DNA of 64,000 nt, taken from contig CAWIXC010000004.1 in NCBI GenBank assembly GCA_963839905.1, forward strand, positions 12,005-76,004, in the 5' to 3' direction. Position 1 is the first letter of the stretch; the number at the start of each line of letters is the position of its first letter. Shown piece after piece: positions 45,134 to 54,875 of the stretch. A program made the position numbers and the translations under genes. The notes under the pieces were generated by a model. That model was not told the origin of the DNA and did not search any database. It saw nothing but the letters and a program-made list of their open reading frames with translations. This DNA is from an uncultured Actinomycetes bacterium (lineage in GTDB: Bacteria > Actinomycetota > Thermoleophilia > Solirubrobacterales > Solirubrobacteraceae).

Positions 45134-46120
45134 ATGGAGCTGGTCGAGTTCTCAGGGCTCGTCGTCGTGCTTGTCGCGCTGCTCGCGCTCGACTCGCACT
45201 TCTTCGCCCGCGGCCGCGAGGCGACGTTCCGCGAGAGCGTCATCTGGTCGCTCGGCTGGCTCGCCCTCGGGCTGGCGGTGACGGGCGTCGTGTTCGGGCT
45301 CAACGGGTCCGACGACGGCGTCAGCTACCTCACCGTCTACCTCATCGAGCGCTCGCTGTCACTCGACAACCTGTTCGTCTTCATCCTGCTGTTCGCGTAC
45401 TTCGGCGTGCCGCACGCCTACCGCGCGCGCCTGCTGTTCTGGGGCATCATCGCGGCGCTCGTGCTGCGCGGGCTGGCGATCCTCGGCGGCACCGCGCTCA
45501 TCGAGCAGTTTCACTTCGTGCTCTACGCGCTGGGGGTGCTGCTGCTCGTGCTCGCCTACCGGATCTACCGCGGCGTCGGCGAGGACGTCGACCCCGACCG
45601 CAACCTCGTCGTGCGCGGGGTCCGCCGCTTCTTCCCGGTCACCGATGGGTTCCGCGAGGGGCACTGGTTCGTCCGCGAGGACGGCAAGCGCCACGTCACG
45701 CCGATCTTCCTCTGCCTCGCCGCGATCGTCGCCGCCGACATCGCGTTCGCGGTCGACTCGATCCCGGCCGCGTTCGCGATCACGACCGATCCGCTGATCA
45801 TCTGGGCCGGCAACGTCTTCGCCCTGCTCGGCCTGCGCGCGCTGTTCGTGCTCGTCGAGGGCCTGATCAAGCGCTTCCGCTACCTCGACGAGACGATCGC
45901 CGTCGTGCTCGCGCTCGTCGCGGTGAAGATCCTCATCGAGCCGCTGATCAAGATCGGGCCCGCGGCGAGCCTCGGGCTGGTCGCGGTGGCCTTCGTCGTG
46001 GGCATCGCCGCGTCGCTGATCGCCGATCGCCGCGATCCCGAGGGTGCCGCGCGGCGCCGGGCGGAGGCCGAGGAGGAGCCCGGCTCGCCGGACGCCGACC
46101 CGCACGCGCACGAGCTGTAA
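45134..46120 (+). CDS. TerC-family integral membrane protein
   Basis: 328 aa. YLIERSLSLDNLFVF and AVDSIPAAFAIT motifs. Confidence 0.85.
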   Translation: MELVEFSGLVVVLVALLALDSHFFARGREATFRESVIWSLGWLALGLAVTGVVFGLNGSDDGVSYLTVYLIERSLSLDNLFVFILLFAYFGVPHAYRARLLFWGIIAALVLRGLAILGGTALIEQFHFVLYALGVLLLVLAYRIYRGVGEDVDPDRNLVVRGVRRFFPVTDGFREGHWFVREDGKRHVTPIFLCLAAIVAADIAFAVDSIPAAFAITTDPLIIWAGNVFALLGLRALFVLVEGLIKRFRYLDETIAVVLALVAVKILIEPLIKIGPAASLGLVAVAFVVGIAASLIADRRDPEGAARRRAEAEEEPGSPDADPHAHEL

Positions 46121-46205
46121 CGAGCCGCTCGCGAACGCTCCCGCGGTGATCTGCGATGGCGGCCGTCCCCGCGGTGACTTGCGATGGCGGCCGCGCCGCG
46201 CCGCC

Positions 46206-46904
46206 TCAGTCTCGTGCCGGCGTCCGCCGCCGCGCGGCCGCGATCGCCCAGAGCGCCGCGAGGAGCGCCGCGAGGCCCAGGCCGCGAGCCAGCCAGTCTG
46301 GACCGCCGTCCGCGGCGCTGTCCTCGTCGTCGCCGCCGTCGTCGTCGCTCGCATCCTGCGCGGGTGCCGCGCCGGCGGCGGGCGCCGCGGCGTTCTCGCC
46401 GCCGGCGTTCTCGCGCAGCGCGGAGCTTGAGATCGTCGTCACGGAGGCCGGCGTCTCGCTGTCGGCCGAGCCGATCCAGCGCACGATGTCTCCGTCGCGG
46501 TAGGTCTGGATCGCCTTCCACGCGATCCGGCCCTCCCGCTCGGGCGTCGAGGCGAGGAAGCGGAAGGTCGCAAGGCCGTCGCCCGCGGTGCGCCCGCGCC
46601 ACACGATCGAGCGCACCGAGCCGTCGGGGTTGGGCTTCGACGTTCGCGTCCAGCCGGGCTGGTCCTCGTAGGAGAACGGCAGCACGTCCTTCGGCACGGC
46701 GAGCTCGACCTGCCGCGTGCCGGCCTGCTCCTCGGACGGGATCAGCACGGTCCACAGGACGGGATCGCCCGGCGCGGCGCTCGTCGGGCGAACCTGAATG
46801 TGCGCCCAAGCGGAGCCGGCGGGCACGGCGAGCGCGACGGCGGCCGCGGCGCCCACCGCCGCCGCGGCTCGCACGAGGCCACGCCTCCCGGCGGTCACAC
46901 TCAT
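46206..46904 (-). CDS. ycnI: YcnI-family (DUF1775) copper-binding protein, copy 1
   Basis: Signal peptide ending AWA-H (N-terminal His after cleavage). ...WKAIQTYRDGDIVRWIG.... C-terminal acidic linker plus TM anchor. Confidence 0.8.
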   Translation of the reverse strand: MSVTAGRRGLVRAAAAVGAAAAVALAVPAGSAWAHIQVRPTSAAPGDPVLWTVLIPSEEQAGTRQVELAVPKDVLPFSYEDQPGWTRTSKPNPDGSVRSIVWRGRTAGDGLATFRFLASTPEREGRIAWKAIQTYRDGDIVRWIGSADSETPASVTTISSSALRENAGGENAAAPAAGAAPAQDASDDDGGDDEDSAADGGPDWLARGLGLAALLAALWAIAAARRRTPARD

Positions 46905-47275
46905 CGCTTGAGCCTGAACGTGAACGATCCCTTCTGGTCGTGCCCGTCGGCCGCCAGGATCGTCCAGCTCGCCTTATAGGCGCCGGCCTTCAGCGACCCC
47001 TTCAGCGGCACGAGCAGGCGGTTGATGTTGCGCGGGTCGCGCCCGCCCCTGCCGACCGAGACGACCTTCGAGCCGGGTCCGACGACGCGCAGCGTGCCAC
47101 GCCGCAGCGGTCCCGTGAACGTGACCGTCACGCGGTCGATGCTCGTCTTCGCGGTCTTGCCCTTCGCAGGGCTCGTCGACTTGACCTTCGTGTGGGCAAA
47201 GGCCGTCCCCGCGGCGACGGCGAGCAGCGCCGCGGCAACCACCGCGATCACCATGCATCGATGGGCGCGCATCAT
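46901..47275 (-). CDS. copC: CopC-domain periplasmic copper-binding protein
   Basis: 124 aa. Signal peptide, then H-TKVKSTSPAKG... YKASWTILAADGHDQKGSFTF. Start and stop are coupled to both neighbours (TGATG, ATGA). Confidence 0.8.
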   Translation of the reverse strand: MMRAHRCMVIAVVAAALLAVAAGTAFAHTKVKSTSPAKGKTAKTSIDRVTVTFTGPLRRGTLRVVGPGSKVVSVGRGGRDPRNINRLLVPLKGSLKAGAYKASWTILAADGHDQKGSFTFRLKR

Positions 47276-48405
47276 CAGCCGCTCACGGTCGCGGACGCGA
47301 GCGACCGGCGGTCGCCCGTCGTGGCCTCGCCCAGCAGCGACAGCTTGCCGGCGTACCTCTTGAGCGCGGCCCCGGCAGCGGACGTCGCCTTCAGCGTGAA
47401 GCTCGCGGTCCCGTCCGCCGCGAGGGCGACCTTCTGCGTCCCGACGATCCGCGACTTCAGCCGCAGCTTCTTGAGCTTGTCGGCCGGGACCAGCAGCCGC
47501 ACGTTCACCGTCTGGCTCGCCGGCCCGGCGAGCTTCAGGGCGAGCCCGTCCTTCGCCAGCGCGTCGAGCGACGGCGCCGTGGCGGGGAACGTGAGCTTGA
47601 GGCGGGTCAGCGCCGCCTTCAGCGCGGCGATCTCGGTCGTGGCGCTGCTCAGCGCGCCCTTCGCGTTCGCGACTTCGGTCGTCTTGGTGGCCAGGTCGCT
47701 CGTGAGGCTCGAGACGTGAGCCTCGAGCGGCACGACGGCCTCCTCGACGGGGCCCAGCGCCCACGCGGCCTTCGTCGACTGGGTCGCGTCGGAGGGCGCG
47801 TACGAGCTCGCGCTCGCCCCCGGCAGCGCCTCGCACGCCGCCTCGCGCGCCGCGTCGGTGTCGGCGACCACCTCGAGATCGACGCCTGTCGCCGTCTTGA
47901 CGATGCCAAGCCACGTGCTCGGCTTGTCGTCGAACCCGGCGGCGGTCCGCTGGAAGGGAACGTAGGCGTAGAACGGATCGGTGCCCTGCCAGCTGCCGAT
48001 GACGGCGGGGGTCGTCAGCGCTGGCACGTCGCAGGTCGCGTGCACCTGCGCGCCGGTGGCCGGCCCCTGCGGCGGGTTGGAGAGCACGTCGTAGTCCGAC
48101 GCGGCCGCGAGCCCCGCGGGGCGATGCGAGTAGCTGATCGCTCCACCCGTCGTCTTGCCGTTTGACTCGCGCAATAGGACCGTGTTGCCGTGGTTCGTGA
48201 ACACGTAGCGCGTCTGGGTCACGCAGGTCGCGAGGAACGCGGCGGCCGTGTACGGCGGGGTCGCGCCGGTCGCGCTGCACAGCACCGGCCCAGTCGACAG
48301 GACCGGCGCCGACGACACGTAGACCGACGGGTGCGCCGAGGCCGCGGCCGGGATCGCGAGCGCCGCCGCGGCGACGGCGAGGCTGGATGTGCGGACAGAC
48401 TTCAT
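47275..48405 (-). CDS. Secreted hypothetical protein with C-terminal coiled-coil/Ig-like region
   Basis: 376 aa. ATG 48405 after AGGAG, overlapping the upstream stop (ATGA). Signal peptide LAVAAAALAIPAAASA-H. No domain recognised. Confidence 0.6.
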   Translation of the reverse strand: MKSVRTSSLAVAAAALAIPAAASAHPSVYVSSAPVLSTGPVLCSATGATPPYTAAAFLATCVTQTRYVFTNHGNTVLLRESNGKTTGGAISYSHRPAGLAAASDYDVLSNPPQGPATGAQVHATCDVPALTTPAVIGSWQGTDPFYAYVPFQRTAAGFDDKPSTWLGIVKTATGVDLEVVADTDAAREAACEALPGASASSYAPSDATQSTKAAWALGPVEEAVVPLEAHVSSLTSDLATKTTEVANAKGALSSATTEIAALKAALTRLKLTFPATAPSLDALAKDGLALKLAGPASQTVNVRLLVPADKLKKLRLKSRIVGTQKVALAADGTASFTLKATSAAGAALKRYAGKLSLLGEATTGDRRSLASATVSG

Positions 48406-49682
48406 CGAATGACTCCTGACTTGGATGTGGAACGCTCGGCGCGAGCGCCGGACGGGATGAACACGGCCTGGTAGCGGCCGCGGGAAAGGCGTCGGGCCTT
48501 GAACTGGAAGCGGCCCTTGTTCACGGTCGTGGTGGCGGTCGGCGCGACCGCGTTGGCGCGCAGCAGCAGCACGCGCCCCGGGATACGCGGGCCGACCTTC
48601 CCCCTGACGACCGTCTTTCCGCTGCGCAGCCGGCGCAGCTTGATCGCCACGGTGGACTGAACCGTCACCGTCCTCGTCTGGGCGTTGACGCCCTCGGCGA
48701 CGGCGTTGACGAGCGACGTCTCGACGGCCTGGAAGTCGAAGGCGTACGCGCCGTCGGCCCGCGTTGCGACCGTCCGGACGACGGCAGCGGTGTTCTTGCG
48801 GCGGGGCTTGAGCGTCAGGCGCACCGGCACCCCGGCGCGAGCCGGCGCGATCCGGCCGCTCGCGCGCAGCTTGCCGCCGCCGACCAGCCGCTTGGGCGCC
48901 TCGAGGACGACGCCGGTCGTGGTGACCGCCTGGCCGGGAGCGCCTGGGACTCCGGGTGCGCCCGGCCCGGGGCCGCCGCCGCCGGCCGGCTGGCAGGAGC
49001 CGACGACGTAGTCGGCGCCGAACGCCGGGTCGGTCGGCGTGGTCTCCTGTGCCCCGCCGGGCGCGCGGTCGACCCAGTGCGGCGTGAGCGCCGTGCCGCC
49101 GTCGTAGGTCATGACGAACGGCTGGGCGAGCCGCGCTCCCGCGACGGCGCCGGTCGCGGCCGGGACGTCGAGCGTCACCGTGCCCGGCAGCCCGGCGACG
49201 ACCTCGCCCGTCGCCGCGCCGGCGCTGACGAAGCCGGTCGCCAGCGACCACGTGCCGTAGTCGTAGCGCAGCGGTCCCGTGCCGAGCTGGGGCGTCTCGA
49301 GCCGGACGAAGCGCGTCTGGCCCGCGGTCGCGAAGAGCATCGCGAAGCCTGCCGACTCGGAGTCCTCGTGGGCGGGCGCCCAGTTGCCGAAGTCCGTCTG
49401 GATCACGGCCTGCAGGCGCCCACTGGCTTCGGAGAACCAGCCGGCGGTCACGTCGGAGTTCGCGTGGTGGCCGTCGCCCTTGGCGTCGGAGATCTGGGCG
49501 ATGGCGTTGCATGGGGCCGGCGCCGCCACGGCAGCGGCGGGGAAGAAGGCCAGGCCCACGATGCAGATCGTGGCGGCGATCGCGGCGCGCCTTCGCGGTG
49601 GCTGCGCCGCATGGGATGTGTGGTGACCGGCGGTCGCGACCGCGCCAGGAACGCGGGTCGCGACGACGTGCTTCGGGCGCAT
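48402..49682 (-). CDS. Secreted hypothetical protein (first gene of the minus-strand copper cluster)
   Basis: 426 aa. TM/signal segment IAATICIVGLAFFPAAAVAAPA, Gly/Pro linker, C-terminal beta-sandwich-like repeat region. Confidence 0.55.
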   Translation of the reverse strand: MRPKHVVATRVPGAVATAGHHTSHAAQPPRRRAAIAATICIVGLAFFPAAAVAAPAPCNAIAQISDAKGDGHHANSDVTAGWFSEASGRLQAVIQTDFGNWAPAHEDSESAGFAMLFATAGQTRFVRLETPQLGTGPLRYDYGTWSLATGFVSAGAATGEVVAGLPGTVTLDVPAATGAVAGARLAQPFVMTYDGGTALTPHWVDRAPGGAQETTPTDPAFGADYVVGSCQPAGGGGPGPGAPGVPGAPGQAVTTTGVVLEAPKRLVGGGKLRASGRIAPARAGVPVRLTLKPRRKNTAAVVRTVATRADGAYAFDFQAVETSLVNAVAEGVNAQTRTVTVQSTVAIKLRRLRSGKTVVRGKVGPRIPGRVLLLRANAVAPTATTTVNKGRFQFKARRLSRGRYQAVFIPSGARAERSTSKSGVIR

Positions 49683-49749
49683 GAGCGCCCACCTCCTTGG
49701 ATCGACAGTAGGACGGGCGCGGAGCCCGACCTACGGTCGGCCCGGCGCC

Positions 49750-50073
49750 CTAGCTGGTGGCGGCGAGCAGGACCGGCGGCGGGCGCATCGCGAGCGGCGA
49801 TGCGGCGAGCCAGGTCGTGCGCGGTGCGAAGCCGGCGCGACGACCGGTTCCGACGGTGCGCGGAGCGCGGTGCTCACGCGGCCGGCTGCGGCGCTGGCGC
49901 AGCCGATCGATCATCTGCTCGCCGGGCCTGAGCCCGAGCATGAGCAGGCAGAACAGGACGACGGCCGGCGCCAGCAGCAATGCGACGCCGGTGCCGACCG
50001 CGAGGCCGAGGGCGAGCACGACCAACGCTCCAAGCGCGGTCAGGCGGCTGCGGCCGGGGTTCGGTCCTCGCAT
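49750..50073 (-). CDS. Small two-TM membrane protein, paralogue of 50239..50571
   Basis: 107 aa. ...LLFCLLMLGLRPGEQMIDRL...LAASPLAMRPPP. No SD upstream of ATG 50073, so the start is uncertain. Confidence 0.45.
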   Translation of the reverse strand: MRGPNPGRSRLTALGALVVLALGLAVGTGVALLLAPAVVLFCLLMLGLRPGEQMIDRLRQRRSRPREHRAPRTVGTGRRAGFAPRTTWLAASPLAMRPPPVLLAATS

Positions 50074-50238
50074 CGGCGGAGGTATAGCACGGCGCGATCG
50101 GTGCGTGGCGCGGGATCGGGGCGCCGCCCACTTCGGTCGCGTGGTGCGGCGGTCGCGGGTTGCGGCCGTTCGGATCGTGCACGCGCCGCCCGCGGCCGGT
50201 CGCGTGTTGCGGGTGTCGCGCCCGGCCTGTCACCATGC

Positions 50239-50571
50239 ATGCTCATGCCGCGGCGCGATCGTCACCTGCTGCTCGGGCTCGCCGCCCTCACGCTCGCCGT
50301 GGCGGCGCTCACGCTCGTCGGCGTCCACAGCGACGTCCTGCTGTCGCTGCCCGTGCTGCTGTTCGCGCTGCCGCTGCTCGCCGGCCGTTACGTCGGCGAG
50401 GAGCACATCGCCCGGCTCGCGGCCGTGTTCGTCACGGCCCGCCGCCGGCCTACCGGCTCGCTGCCCACAGCAGCGCGGCGCTCGCCGATCGCCGTGCCAC
50501 GCGGTGGTCGCCTCATCGCCGCCTCGCTCGCCGTGCGCCCGCCCCCGGCGGCGCCGCGCCTCATCGCCTAG
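50239..50571 (+). CDS. Small two-TM membrane protein, paralogue of 49750..50073
   Basis: 110 aa. ...LLFALPLLAGRYVGEEHIARL...IAASLAVRPPP. Divergent from its paralogue across 165 bp. Confidence 0.5.
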   Translation: MLMPRRDRHLLLGLAALTLAVAALTLVGVHSDVLLSLPVLLFALPLLAGRYVGEEHIARLAAVFVTARRRPTGSLPTAARRSPIAVPRGGRLIAASLAVRPPPAAPRLIA

Positions 50572-50633
50572 CTCGCTCCGGCGCCTTCGCGGTCCGGAGC
50601 CTTCCTCCGTCCCGAACCCCGAAGGAGGGCCAC

Positions 50634-51314
50634 GTGGCCCGTCGCACCATCCTCGTCGCCGCGCTTGCCGCGCTCGTCTCGGCGCTTGTCGCCGCGTCCG
50701 CGTTCGCGCACGCCGGCAACCCGAACTACGAGTCGCTCGTCAACGGCATCAACCCGAGCATCAAGGGCTTCAGCGTGGTCGTCCTCAACGGCGACGATCG
50801 CCTCGAGGCGGTCAACAACAGCTCGCAGACGATCACGTTCGACGGCTACAACAAGGAGCCGTACGTGCGGATGGCGGCGGGCGGCATCGTCTCGGTGAAC
50901 GTCCGCTCGCCGGCGTACTACCTCAACAACGAGCGCGACGGCACCGCGCCGGTCCCGGCCTCCGCGGACCCCAACGCGCCGCCGCAGTGGAAGGTCGTCA
51001 CCCGCGACGGGCGCTACGAGTTCCACGACCACCGCATGCACTGGATGGGCTCCAAGAACCCGCCGCAGGTCAAGGACACGTCGGCGCGCACGAAGATCAA
51101 CGACTGGACCGTGCCGCTGCACGCCGGCAGCGCCGATGGCGCGGTCACCGGGACGCTCTTCTGGCGCGGAGCGAGCGGCGGGCCGCCGACCGGCGCGTTC
51201 ATCGGGCTCGGCCTCTTCGTGCTCGCAGCGATCGCGCTGGTCGTCGTCGTGCGGCGGCGCCGCGGCGCGGGCGGCGAAGCGACCACCGCGAAGCGGCAGG
51301 CGGAGGCGTGGTGA
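50634..51314 (+). CDS. Secreted, C-terminally anchored hypothetical protein in the copper cluster
   Basis: 226 aa. GTG 50634 after GAAGGAGGG. Signal peptide ending AFA-H. His-rich FHDHRMHW. C-terminal TM helix plus RRRR. Confidence 0.65.
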   Translation: MARRTILVAALAALVSALVAASAFAHAGNPNYESLVNGINPSIKGFSVVVLNGDDRLEAVNNSSQTITFDGYNKEPYVRMAAGGIVSVNVRSPAYYLNNERDGTAPVPASADPNAPPQWKVVTRDGRYEFHDHRMHWMGSKNPPQVKDTSARTKINDWTVPLHAGSADGAVTGTLFWRGASGGPPTGAFIGLGLFVLAAIALVVVVRRRRGAGGEATTAKRQAEAW

Positions 51315-53125
51315 AGGGCCGGCGCGCGCGGCGCGCCGCGGCCCTCGCGGCCACCGGGATCCTCCTCGTCCTGCTGACGCCGGCCGCGGCCTCCGCCCAC
51401 GCGATCCTCGAGTCGACGACCCCCCAGCGCGGCGCGACCCTGCGCGAGCAGCCGCGGCAGGTCGTCCTGCGCTTCAGCGAGTCCGTCGAGGGTAACTTCG
51501 GAGCCGTGCGGGTCTTCGACGCCGCCGCCAAGCGCGTCGACGACGGCCACACCGTGCATCCGGGCGGTGCCGGGTCGCAGCTCGCCGTCGGCCTCAAGGC
51601 CGGCCTGCCCGACGGGACCTACGTCGCGACGTACCGCGTCATCTCCGCCGACAGCCATCCCGTCTCCGGCGGACTCGTCTTCTCCATCGGCGCCCCCGGT
51701 GCCGCCGCGACGCCCACGGTCTCTGACCTCATCGGCGACTCCGGCACGGGACCTGTCACACAAGCCGCCTTCGGACTCGCGCGCGGGCTCACCTACCTCG
51801 CGACCGCGCTCGTGCTCGGCGGCCTCGCGTTCCTGCTCGCCGTCTGGCTGCCCGCGCTGCGATCGGCCGCCGGCGCGGGGGAGGAGTGGGTCGCGGCCTC
51901 CGCGGGCTTCCTGCGCATGGCTCGCCGGCTGCTGCTCGGCGGCGCAGCCGCGGGTGCCGTCGCCGGAGCGGCCGGCATCGTGCTACAGGGCGCGACCGCC
52001 GGTGCGACGAGCGCCTGGGAGGCGCTGAGCCCAAGCATCGTCGGCGACGTGCTCGGCACGCGCTTCGGCGAGGTCTGGGCGGCGCGCGTGCTCGCCTTCG
52101 TCATCCTCGCTGGCGCCGCCGGCCTGCTGCTGCGCGGCGTTCGCGGCGCAAAGGCGCCCGCCGGGCTGCAGCGCGTCGCGCTCGGCGCGGACGGCCTTGC
52201 CGCGACCCCGCTCCCGCGCGCCGCGCTCGCGATCGCCGCGATCCCCGTCGCGTTCGTCGCGATCGCCCCCGCGCTCGCCGGCCACGCCAGCGTGCAGCAG
52301 CCGATCGCGCTCCTCTTCCCGCTGGATGTCGCGCACGTCCTCGCGATGAGCGCCTGGATCGGCGGGCTGATCATGCTGCTCGTCGCCCTGCCCGCCGCGA
52401 CCCGCCGACTGCAGGCACCCGACCGCACGCGGCTGCTCGCCGCCGCGCTGATCCGCTTCTCGCCGATCGCGCTGGGCTGCGTCGTCGTGCTGCTCGTCAC
52501 CGGCACGATCCAGGCGATCGAGCACATCGCGTCCTTCGGCCAGCTCCTGGACACGGGCTTCGGCCGCGCCGTGCTCGCGAAGATCGCGCTCATCCTCGTG
52601 CTCATCGGGCTCGGCGCCGTCAACCGCCGCCGCGTCGTCCCGAAGCTGCGCGCGCTCGTCGAGTCCGCGGCCGCGCCCGGCACCGCCGGGCACCTCCTGC
52701 GCCGCACGTTGCGCGCGGAGGTCGCGCTCGTGCTCGTCGTGCTCGGCGCGACCGCTGCGCTCGTGAGCTACCCGCCGCCCGACTCGCTCGCGGGCGGGCC
52801 GTACGGCGGCTCGGCGACCCTCGGGCCGCTGCGCCTCGAGGCGACGCTGGATCCCGCTCGCGTCGGGCCCAACGAGCTGCACCTCTACCTGCTGAAGAGC
52901 GCCGACGGCACGCCGTTCGACGGCACGAAGGAGCTCACGGTCACGCTGTCGCTGCCGGCCAAGGGCATCGGCCCGCTCGACACCACCGCGCGCGAGGCGG
53001 GCCCCGGCCACTACGTCGTCGACACCGTCCAGCTCGTGCCCGGCGGCGACTGGCGGCTGCACGTGACCAGCCGCGTCTCGGAGTTCGACCAGTACGACAC
53101 GACGCTCAAGGTGCCCGTGCGCTGA
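51308..53125 (+). CDS. Copper resistance CopC-CopD fusion protein (YcnJ-like)
   Basis: About 605 aa. GTG 51308/51311 overlaps the upstream stop. N-terminal CopC (ASA-H-AILESTTPQRG...YRVISADSHPVSGG). Multi-TM CopD body. C-terminal extracytoplasmic beta domain. Confidence 0.85.
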   Translation: MVKGRRARRAAALAATGILLVLLTPAAASAHAILESTTPQRGATLREQPRQVVLRFSESVEGNFGAVRVFDAAAKRVDDGHTVHPGGAGSQLAVGLKAGLPDGTYVATYRVISADSHPVSGGLVFSIGAPGAAATPTVSDLIGDSGTGPVTQAAFGLARGLTYLATALVLGGLAFLLAVWLPALRSAAGAGEEWVAASAGFLRMARRLLLGGAAAGAVAGAAGIVLQGATAGATSAWEALSPSIVGDVLGTRFGEVWAARVLAFVILAGAAGLLLRGVRGAKAPAGLQRVALGADGLAATPLPRAALAIAAIPVAFVAIAPALAGHASVQQPIALLFPLDVAHVLAMSAWIGGLIMLLVALPAATRRLQAPDRTRLLAAALIRFSPIALGCVVVLLVTGTIQAIEHIASFGQLLDTGFGRAVLAKIALILVLIGLGAVNRRRVVPKLRALVESAAAPGTAGHLLRRTLRAEVALVLVVLGATAALVSYPPPDSLAGGPYGGSATLGPLRLEATLDPARVGPNELHLYLLKSADGTPFDGTKELTVTLSLPAKGIGPLDTTAREAGPGHYVVDTVQLVPGGDWRLHVTSRVSEFDQYDTTLKVPVR

Positions 53126-53156
53126 TGACCCACACCTCCCACAAGGAGCACGCCCC

Positions 53157-53855
53157 ATGACCCGCAGGACGATCGCCCTCGCCGCCGTCGCGGCCACGCT
53201 CACGCTGCCCGCCGCCGCCGCGGCCCACGTCACGCTGCAGCCCAACGAGGCTCCAGCCGGCGGCTTCGCGCGCCTGGACGTGCGCGTCCCCAACGAGGAG
53301 GACGCGAAGGACACGGTGAAGGTCGAGGTCCAGCTGCCGCCCGGCTTCGCCGACGCCTCCTACGAGCCGGTCCCGGGCTGGACGGTGAAGGAGACGCGCC
53401 GCAAGCTCACATCGCCCGTGAAGACCGACGACGGCGACACGCTCACCGACGAGCTCGCGACGATCACGTTCACGGCCGCGAAGGGCAAGGGGATCAAGCC
53501 CGGCCAGTTCCGGGACTTCGGCCTGTCGCTCGGGCTGCCGGACAAGCCGGCCGGCACGGCGCTCCAGTTCAAGGCGCTGCAGACCTATACCGGCGGCGAG
53601 GTCGTGCGCTGGATCGGCGCCGAGGGCTCCGAGAAGCCCGCGCCGGTCGTCACGCTCGTCGCCGACAGCGAAAGCCCAACCGGTGGCGCCGCCGCGGCAC
53701 CCGCCGCGACGGAGGCCGACGACGACGCGGCCGGCGACGACGACGGCGGCGGCGGCGGGAACGGCCTGGCGATCGTCGCGCTGATCGTCGGCGCCCTCGG
53801 GCTGCTCGCGGGCGGCGCCGCGCTCATGAGCTCGCGGCGCGGCAGCACGAGCTGA
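53157..53855 (+). CDS. ycnI: YcnI-family (DUF1775) copper-binding protein, copy 2
   Basis: Signal peptide ending AAA-H. ...FKALQTYTGGEVVRWIG.... Acidic/Gly linker and C-terminal TM anchor, parallel to copy 1. Confidence 0.8.
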   Translation: MTRRTIALAAVAATLTLPAAAAAHVTLQPNEAPAGGFARLDVRVPNEEDAKDTVKVEVQLPPGFADASYEPVPGWTVKETRRKLTSPVKTDDGDTLTDELATITFTAAKGKGIKPGQFRDFGLSLGLPDKPAGTALQFKALQTYTGGEVVRWIGAEGSEKPAPVVTLVADSESPTGGAAAAPAATEADDDAAGDDDGGGGGNGLAIVALIVGALGLLAGGAALMSSRRGSTS

Positions 53856-53870
53856 GCCGTCCGCCGTGTG

Positions 53871-54845
53871 TCAGCCGGCCGACCCGGTGGGCGGGTCGGT
53901 CGAGGCGCCCGGCGGGCTGGGCTGGACGCCGCTCGAGCGCAGCCGCGAGACCTTGCCGAGGAGGTCGAACCAGAACGGCGCGCCGAGCGACACGGCGCCG
54001 ATCGTGAGGATCAGGCCCAGGATCTTCGCGAGGATGGACCAGGGCTCCGCCTCGGGCACGGCGTCGCCGGTCCAGCCGAGAGGAAGGTCGAGCGCGCCGA
54101 TCTCGTTGATGCACGAGGCCGTCTCCGAGAAGGTCGGCGGCCCGTTGGCGCCGTTCGCGCAGGCCTGATCGGCCGGCGTGGCCGCGGTCTGGGAGGCGGC
54201 CTGCTGGACGACTGCGGCGCGCAGCGCGTCGCCCTTCCACAGGCGCTGGGAGATCGTGATCGTGTCGACGTTGGCCACGCAGACGATGAACGTCGCGAGG
54301 CCGACGAGGATCAGCTGGACGCGCCGCTTGTACCAACCGCCCGCGCGCTCCATGACCTCGTTGAACGAGTGCTCGAGCGACACGCGGAGCTTGTCTCGAT
54401 CCGTGCCCGCCGCCTCCACGGCGTCCTTCAGGGCGATGCCGATCGGGCTGTTCTCGAGCTTCGTGCCGCGCAGCTTCTCGACGGCCGTGCGTGCGCGGGC
54501 CACGAGATCGCGCTGCTGCCCCTCGTCCGCGCCATCCTCCGGCGGGGCGAAGGTGTCGAGCACCGTGAGCGCGAACGCGCGCGGCGGGATGTAGGACGGC
54601 AGCCGGGTCTTGCCGGGCTCGATCAGCGCCTGGATGCGCGGGCTCGCGAAGAACTCCTTCACGGCGTCCGGCTTGCCGGAGCCGTCGAGGATGCTGCGAA
54701 TGCCTTGCTCGAGGTTCTTCGCACGCAGCGCGAGCGACGAGGAGATGAGCTCGTTGATGGCCGAGCAGACGATGCTCAGCACGAAGAAGACGAAGATCAG
54801 CCCGATGGCGACATCCAGCACCGCGCTTCCGCTGACATCCGGCAT
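53871..54845 (-). CDS. Integral membrane protein, unknown function
   Basis: 324 aa. N-terminal, central and C-terminal TM helices with a soluble helical insert. No family recognised. Confidence 0.6.
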   Translation of the reverse strand: MPDVSGSAVLDVAIGLIFVFFVLSIVCSAINELISSSLALRAKNLEQGIRSILDGSGKPDAVKEFFASPRIQALIEPGKTRLPSYIPPRAFALTVLDTFAPPEDGADEGQQRDLVARARTAVEKLRGTKLENSPIGIALKDAVEAAGTDRDKLRVSLEHSFNEVMERAGGWYKRRVQLILVGLATFIVCVANVDTITISQRLWKGDALRAAVVQQAASQTAATPADQACANGANGPPTFSETASCINEIGALDLPLGWTGDAVPEAEPWSILAKILGLILTIGAVSLGAPFWFDLLGKVSRLRSSGVQPSPPGASTDPPTGSAG

Positions 54846-54875
54846 GGCGCGAAGCTACCAGCGTCGCGCGAGGAC

